This document shows, one piece after another, positions 20,930 to 26,343 of a stretch of DNA of 26,343 nucleotides. The stretch comes from Vicugna vicugna. Taxonomy: Eukaryota. A program made the position numbers and the translations under genes. A model generated the notes under the pieces. It saw nothing but the letters and a program-made list of their open reading frames with translations, was not told the DNA's origin and ran no database searches. How positions within the stretch are numbered: position 1 is the stretch's first letter; each line of letters opens with the position of its first letter. The DNA lies in contig MU057711.1 of the NCBI GenBank assembly GCA_013265495.1, positions 2,678,844 to 2,705,186 on the forward strand, written 5' to 3'.

Positions 20930-21070
20930 ATTCAGAACCAAACTATAGTAGGAATGTGATTTATGAAAATTTATGGGTTGCAGCTAAAACAGAACATAGA
21001 GGGAAATTTATAGCTTTAAATGTCTATATTAGGAAAGAAGAAAGGCTTCGTTTTAATGAGAAAAGAATCC
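20930..21070 (+). mobile_element. Old L1 ORF2 internal fragment
   Basis: aatttatgggttgcagctaaaacagaacatagagggaaatttatagctttaaatgtctatattaggaaagaagaa translates as NLWVAAKTEHRGKFIALNVYIRKEE, an L1 ORF2 motif. Confidence 0.75.
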
Positions 21071-21529
21071 ATTAGCTCATTAAAATGAGGCTAATGAAAG
21101 GGCTAGGTAGACAACAAAAACATGGCGGATAGGCACTGAGATGAGCAGGTGGAAAGACAGCAGACAGGAAATCTGAGAATTACGAGTTTGCAAAGGAACT
21201 GAGCTGCCTGAGACTTCAGTTTTAGAATCCAGCTCTCTCTGAGCCTCCTGTGAGCTCTGGCTCTCTGTGATTCTCTAACTCGGTGGCCTTCCTTCAGTGG
21301 CTGAACTTCTGATTTAATGTGAGTGGTACCTGCGGTTTATCCAACTCCTTCCCCCGCTAATCCAGGACTGCCTTGTATAGTCTCATAAATTGACCTTGTA
21401 ATATCCTATGAAGAGGTGGCTGTCATGGATTGCAGGTTGAAGGCTTAAAAAAATGCTGTGAAATGAAACAAAGTTCAAGTTAAAGAACTAAATCCCTAAC
21501 TACCCATTGGTACTATTTACTGAGGGAGT

Positions 21530-21710
21530 GTCTACTGTGTACCAGGCACCGTGCTTAGCCCTTTACATTTAAGCTGCACCACTGCCTTCCACCGGTGTAG
21601 TGTGGCTACACTCTTCCTTAACAATGCAGAAACTGCCCAAGTCACCCACTGAGAAGTGGCCCAGCCAGAATTTGAATCTATGCCCACCGGTCTCCAAAGC
21701 TTGTGGTCCT
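21530..21710 (-). mobile_element. MIR
   Basis: ctactgtgtaccaggcaccgtgcttagccctttacat...ctgcccaagtcacccactgagaagtggcccagccagaatttgaatc. Confidence 0.7.
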
Positions 21711-22729
21711 CTCTCTCTGACATGAAACACGGGTGCTTCTCATGTTAAATTTACTCATTTGGGCATAACAGTTGTTAGCAAACCTGAGTCTAAACACCAG
21801 CTGTGATACCAGCTGCCCATCTGACTCATGCAACTGCGGAAGTTGATGGGGCGAGTGTCAGATGGAATGGCTTGGCTCCTTCACAAGGATCTTAACTTAG
21901 CATGTTTAACTGGGGAAAGGTACCCACGCCTGCAGAAAAGTATCTACTTTCGTATGTTATGGTATAAATATGTTCCCATCACCCAGGTGAAGAAATAGGA
22001 TGTTACCAGCACCTGTTCCCTTCCTCAATTGCAAGCCACTAGCCTGACTTTTGTGTTAATCATTTCTTTGCTTTTTTTCTGTATAGTTTTAACACCTTGT
22101 AAAATAAATCCCCAATGGATAGTTTTGTTTTGAAAAGCTGAGTAGCAAGCACAGACGTAGCTGTGTCAAGAAAGGGCAGGATTGTCTTTCCTTTTTAGAT
22201 GAAGACTTCCAGGAGCAGGGAGGCTGAACAGGGTCTGGGGGTTTACAAGGGCCCATCTGCGAAGTCAGTGGGCAAGGTGATGAGTGAGTCCTGGGACATG
22301 GAGGGCTCACTCCAGCTGGTGGATCAGGTTGGGAAGATGCGAGTCAGGGGCTGGGTGTCCAGCAGGAATGTGATCAGAGGAAGTGGGCTGCTCTGGATGT
22401 TCAGTTGTAAGCTTGCCAGTGGCTCTTCCAGCATGCAGGACCAGGGCTAGGCTCAACAGTTCTGTGGGGTGAGGTGAGTGTCCTTAGCTGACCCAGGCAA
22501 CATGGGCTAAAAGAAAGAATGATAGTAGACCATGGTACAGACAAGCCAAGTATTGGTAAGGGTTAGATCCAGGCCTGCCTGGACACCTAGGAGGTAACTG
22601 TTCTTAACATGTCTGAATCCTGAGTTACACTGCTCGGATCTCTCTGGACTGGTGGCCCTGTACTTGTAGTATGGAGCTGTCATCCAGAAATTTCCTGCAT
22701 GGTCCTCTTGTGTTGGTTCTCCTGTACCT

Positions 22730-23175
22730 TTCTTTTTGTTGGTTTGCTCTATTTTGGTAGATCATGTCCTCCAGTCAGTTCTTTAGAACGAGTGTATGGG
22801 AGTTAAAATTTCTAAGCTCTTATATGTCTAAAAGTTCCCTTGTATTTGATTGGCAGTTTTCCTGGGTATAAAATTCTGCCATTTTGGCCATTATTTTCCT
22901 TCAGAATTTTTGAGAGCATTACTCCCTGATCTACCTTTTCCCAGAGAAGAATTGCTGGAAGAATTTCAAAACCAATGATAACTCTGGGAACTTGTAAAAA
23001 TTTCCTTTGGTCCCTAACATTCTGAAATGTCACAGCTATGTGTCTTAGTGTTCTTCCAATGTACTAGGTCCCCAAGAAGCATTTTGAATCTGGAAATTCA
23101 TGTCTTTATGTTCTGGGAATTTTTCTTAATTAGTTTATTGCTGTTTCCTTCCTGTTTTTTCCTCTTCTCGCATTA
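22730..23175 (-). mobile_element. Old L1 ORF1-region fragment (antisense)
   Basis: Minus-strand translation SKILKENNGQNGRILYPGKLPIKYKG resembles L1 ORF1p (KVLKEKNxQPRILYPAKLSF). Confidence 0.7.
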
Positions 23176-23182
23176 TAGAACC

Positions 23183-23540
23183 TTATTTATTTATCTATCT
23201 ATTAAGTTTCAGGTGTATCATATCTATATACTTTACAAAGTGATCACCACCACAAGCCTAGTTACTATCCATCACTGTACCTTTGACCCTCTTCACCCAT
23301 TTTGCCGACTCCCCAACCCCCTTCCCATCTGGTAACCATTAATCTGTTTTCCATGTCTATGAGTTTGTTTTTGTTTTATTTTGTTTGTTCATTTTTTTTA
23401 AGTTTCCACATATGAGTGAAATCATATGATATTTGTCTTTCTCCATCTGACTTATTTCACTTAGCATGAGACCTTCAAGATCCATCTGTCTTGTCACAAA
23501 TAGTAGGATTTATTTCTTTTTTATGGCTGAGTAGTGTTCC

Positions 23541-23585
<45 letters not shown>

Positions 23586-23865
23586 ACGACATCTTCTTTA
23601 TCCATTCATCCATCAGTGGATTCTTAGGTTGTTTCCATATCTTGGTTGTTGTAAATAATGCTGCAATGAACATAGGGATGCAGATACCTTTTAGAATTAG
23701 TACTTTCATGTTCTTTGGATAAATACCCAGAAGTGGAATAGCTGGGTCATATGTAGTTATATTCTTAATTTTTTGAGGAATCTCCATACTGCTTTCCATT
23801 GCAGCTGCACCAGTTTAGTCCCATCAACAGTGTACAAAGGTTCCCTTTTCTCCACATCCTCTTCA
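23183..23865 (-). mobile_element. L1 3' end (antisense) with internal (TG)20
   Basis: ORF 23521-23799 MEIPQKIKNITTYDPAIPLLGIYPK...MFIAALFTTTKIWKQPK..DEWIKKM is the L1 ORF2 C-terminus; 3' UTR motifs ttccacatatgagtgaaatcata. Confidence 0.9.
23543..23582 (+). repeat. (TG)20 microsatellite inside L1
   Basis: Read directly. Confidence 0.95.
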
Positions 23866-23869
23866 AGTC

Positions 23870-25295
23870 TTTGAGTACCTACTGTGTGCCAGGTACTCTT
23901 CTAAGTGTTGGGGATACATCAGAGAACAAAACAAAGTAGAAAAAGATCTTTGTCCTGGAGATGCTCACATTCCAGTGATGGGGGAGATAGATAGGCAATA
24001 AGCAGAAGAAAAAAATGACAGAGTAGGTTAGAAAGTGATATGTACCATAGAAAATAAGTAGAGTGGGTTTGGGGCTTGACAGTTACAGGGGATGGTGGTT
24101 AAGTGATTGCAGTTTTAAACTGAGTGGTCAGGGAGAACTGAGGAGGTGAAATTTGAGCAATTCTTGAAGGAGATGAGGGAACGAGTCACGTGGATAGCTG
24201 GGGGAAGGGAATTTCGAATTGGGGGGACAGCAGGGCAAAGGCCCAGAGGTGGGAGCATGCTTGATATTTTCAGGAAACCAGAGGCTGGTGTGCTGAATGG
24301 AATGAGCAGGGGAAGAGGAGTAAAAGGTGAGGTCAGAGAAGTAACCAGCGTGGTCCAGATAGTTACAGCCAGGACTTTTGCCTGTTTGCAGCCTGATAGA
24401 TTACAGCTGGACTTGGGCTTTTAATCTGAGAAAATGCTGGGACTGTTAGGATGTTTGTAACAGGAGTGGTATGACCTGGCTATCATTTTTAAAGAATTGC
24501 ACTCTGACTATGGTGTTGAGTGTAGATTGTGTGTCTGGGGACAGAAGCAGGGAGATCAGATAGGCAGGCTTTGCAGTTTTCCAGGTGAGCAGTTATGGTG
24601 GCTTGGACTAGGATGGTGGAAGGTGACAAGAAGGAGTGGGGCTCTACAGCTGTGCATACGACATGGTAGACATAGACCATCCGGCTACTGAGCACTTGAA
24701 ATGTGGCTGGTCCACAATAAAATTGTTTCAAAGACTTAATATGAAAGAAAGAATGTGAAATAGCTCACCAATTTTTGTATTGATTACATGTTAAAATGGT
24801 AATATTATAGCTGTATTGGGTTAAATAAGATATAGTAAAATCAATTTCTTTTTTTTTTTGACTGTAAAAAATGTGACTAGTAGAAGACTCAAAATTGCAC
24901 ATGTGTCTTGCATTTGTGTTCTGCACTGTACTTCCAGTGAGCAGTGCTGTGCTGGATACGTTTTAGAGGTGGAGCCAATAGGAGTTGTTGGTGGATCTCA
25001 GGGGAGAGGCTTCAGGGGTGACTCCAACGCTTTGGAGCTGAGCAACTGGAAGGATGGGGGTCACATTATTAGCTGAGACAAAGAAGGCTATGGATTTGGC
25101 ATGTGCATGTTGATTAGGACTTTAGTTCTGGATGTTTTAGGTTGGAGGTTAAGTTGATAAGACATCTAAGTGGAGATGGTCAGTAGGCAGTGGATGTGCA
25201 TGTTCAAGTTCCAGGTGAACAGTTCAGTTTGGAGAGGGGAATGTGGGGGTCATGTGCAGACATGGTATTTCAAAGCTTTCGATGAAATCACCTCT
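23870..25295 (-). mobile_element. L2 fragment (antisense) interrupted by MER33
   Basis: Begins ttgagtacctactgtgtgccaggtactcttctaagtgttggggataca and resumes after 24950 with ctggatacgttttagaggtggagcc. Confidence 0.78.
24644..24949. mobile_element. MER33-like hAT-Charlie MITE
   Basis: ctactgagcacttgaaatgtggctggtcc...ttgattacatgttaaaatggtaatatt...gggttaaataagata...cagtgctg follows the MER33 layout over about 305 bp. Confidence 0.8.
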
Positions 25296-25360
25296 CATCC
25301 AAGTGATTTCTGGCTTCCAGAATTGTTTTTTCTATCGTTGTAGGTTCATAGGTTTATGTA

Positions 25361-25362
<2 letters not shown>

Positions 25363-25390
<28 letters not shown>
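25363..25390 (+). repeat. (TG)14 microsatellite
   Basis: Read directly. Confidence 0.95.
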
Positions 25391-25393
<3 letters not shown>

Positions 25394-25621
25394 CAGTCTA
25401 GCACTCTTCCAGTGGGTTTTGAGAGGCAGCCAGATTGGATATGTGTATTCAAGTGTCCATTTCACTATTCAATACTTGAGTGACTTCTTTAAATGCATCT
25501 TGTTGTTTGGATGTTTTTCTGACCTTTTATTGCAGTGGAAGAGAGATGCCCATAACATTGTAATCAATAGAAGCCTTCCCACACCTCTCTGGAAAAATAA
25601 TGACTTTTGCTTTCCCCACAG

Positions 25622-25727
25622 GCAAGAAGGCTCCTCGATCTTGCCACAGTGAAGACAAACGGATTGGCTGCTTTCCTTCTGCAACATGTTCAGGAATTAC
25701 CCGTCCCTTTGGCCCTGCCTTTTGAAG
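25622..25727 (+). CDS. NOD2: NOD2 exon 3 (106 nt; end of CARD2)
   Basis: [35 protein letters not shown]. Acceptor ttttgctttccccacAG (25620-25621), donor GAAG|gtatac (25728). Phase 0 to 1. Confidence 0.96.
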
Positions 25728-26050
25728 GTATACATGTGTTCTCAGTTCATCAGAGAGGGGAAGAAAGGCTGTTCAGATTTGTGGCTGGGAACAAAAACTC
25801 CGTCGTGAGACTCGTCAGTTAGAATCCCACTTACTGGCTGTGCAAACCTCCCTGAGACTCGCTGTCCTCATTTTAGGGGTGACACCACCACTGGCTCACT
25901 GGGCTATTAGAAGGATTAACAAGATTACTGTGTGTAGTATTAGGGTTTGCTTTTATTTCTTCCTGCACTGCAGGAAGCTACCGAGGGCTAATTCAGGTGC
26001 TCCTTACTAGCCGTACTCTCGTTATCTGTTCTGGAAAGATGTGGATACCC

Positions 26051-26133
26051 TTTTTTTAAAAATGGAGGTACTGGAGATTGAACTCAGGACCTCATGCATG
26101 CTAAGCATGCACTCTACCACTGAGCTATAACCC
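26051..26133 (-). mobile_element. Short (head-only) tRNA-Ala-derived SINE
   Basis: Reverse strand reads gggttatagctcagtggtagagtgcatgcttagcatgcatgaggtcctgagttcaatctccagtacctcca plus a short A tail. gtggat flanks both sides. Confidence 0.88.
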
Positions 26134-26343
26134 GGTGGATTTCTGATGGATGGTATCACTTGATCTCTGCAGTTTAGCTACTCACCATCAGAAACTCCGG
26201 AGCCAAATGGATTTAGACAATGTGGTATTTCATATTTCACATGGTCCCCTCCCCAACTCAGGAACGGGAGAGGCTTAGATAACACAGCTTGAACAGCACA
26301 GACATCCTGCCAGGTGCTTTATTGCTGATGTCTGTCCTTGGCG

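Noticed and set aside
23521..23799. 92-aa ORF (also 5234-5518, 6903-7163, 22812-23033) as host genes
   Set aside because: These are degraded L1 ORF1/ORF2 remnants.

Overview
Mammalian genomic DNA, probably from a camelid (inferred from four tRNA-Ala-derived SINEs resembling the camelid vic-1 family). The window holds the head-to-head SNX20 / NOD2 locus. SNX20 is on the minus strand with three coding exons (4000-3871, 2491-2340, 1078-410; 951 nt = 316 aa + stop) and a probable non-coding exon 1 near 6069-6190. NOD2 is on the plus strand with two alternative first exons (a CpG-island exon ending at 12725, and an NF-kB-flanked exon ending at 16624), exon 2 (18541-19007, CARD1 and part of CARD2) and exon 3 (25622-25727); the gene continues past the window. 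The rest is mostly MIR, L2, L1, hAT DNA-transposon and SINE remnants plus microsatellites. I found no convincing new gene system. The best leads are regulatory or isoform-level: compensated frameshifts and a uORF cluster in the proximal NOD2 first exon, a fully open alternative frame in SNX20 exon 4 reachable by skipping exon 3, and SINE/UG-repeat features that could shape CARD-only NOD2 isoforms. All comparisons with human sequence and repeat consensus sequences are from memory and need checking by alignment.
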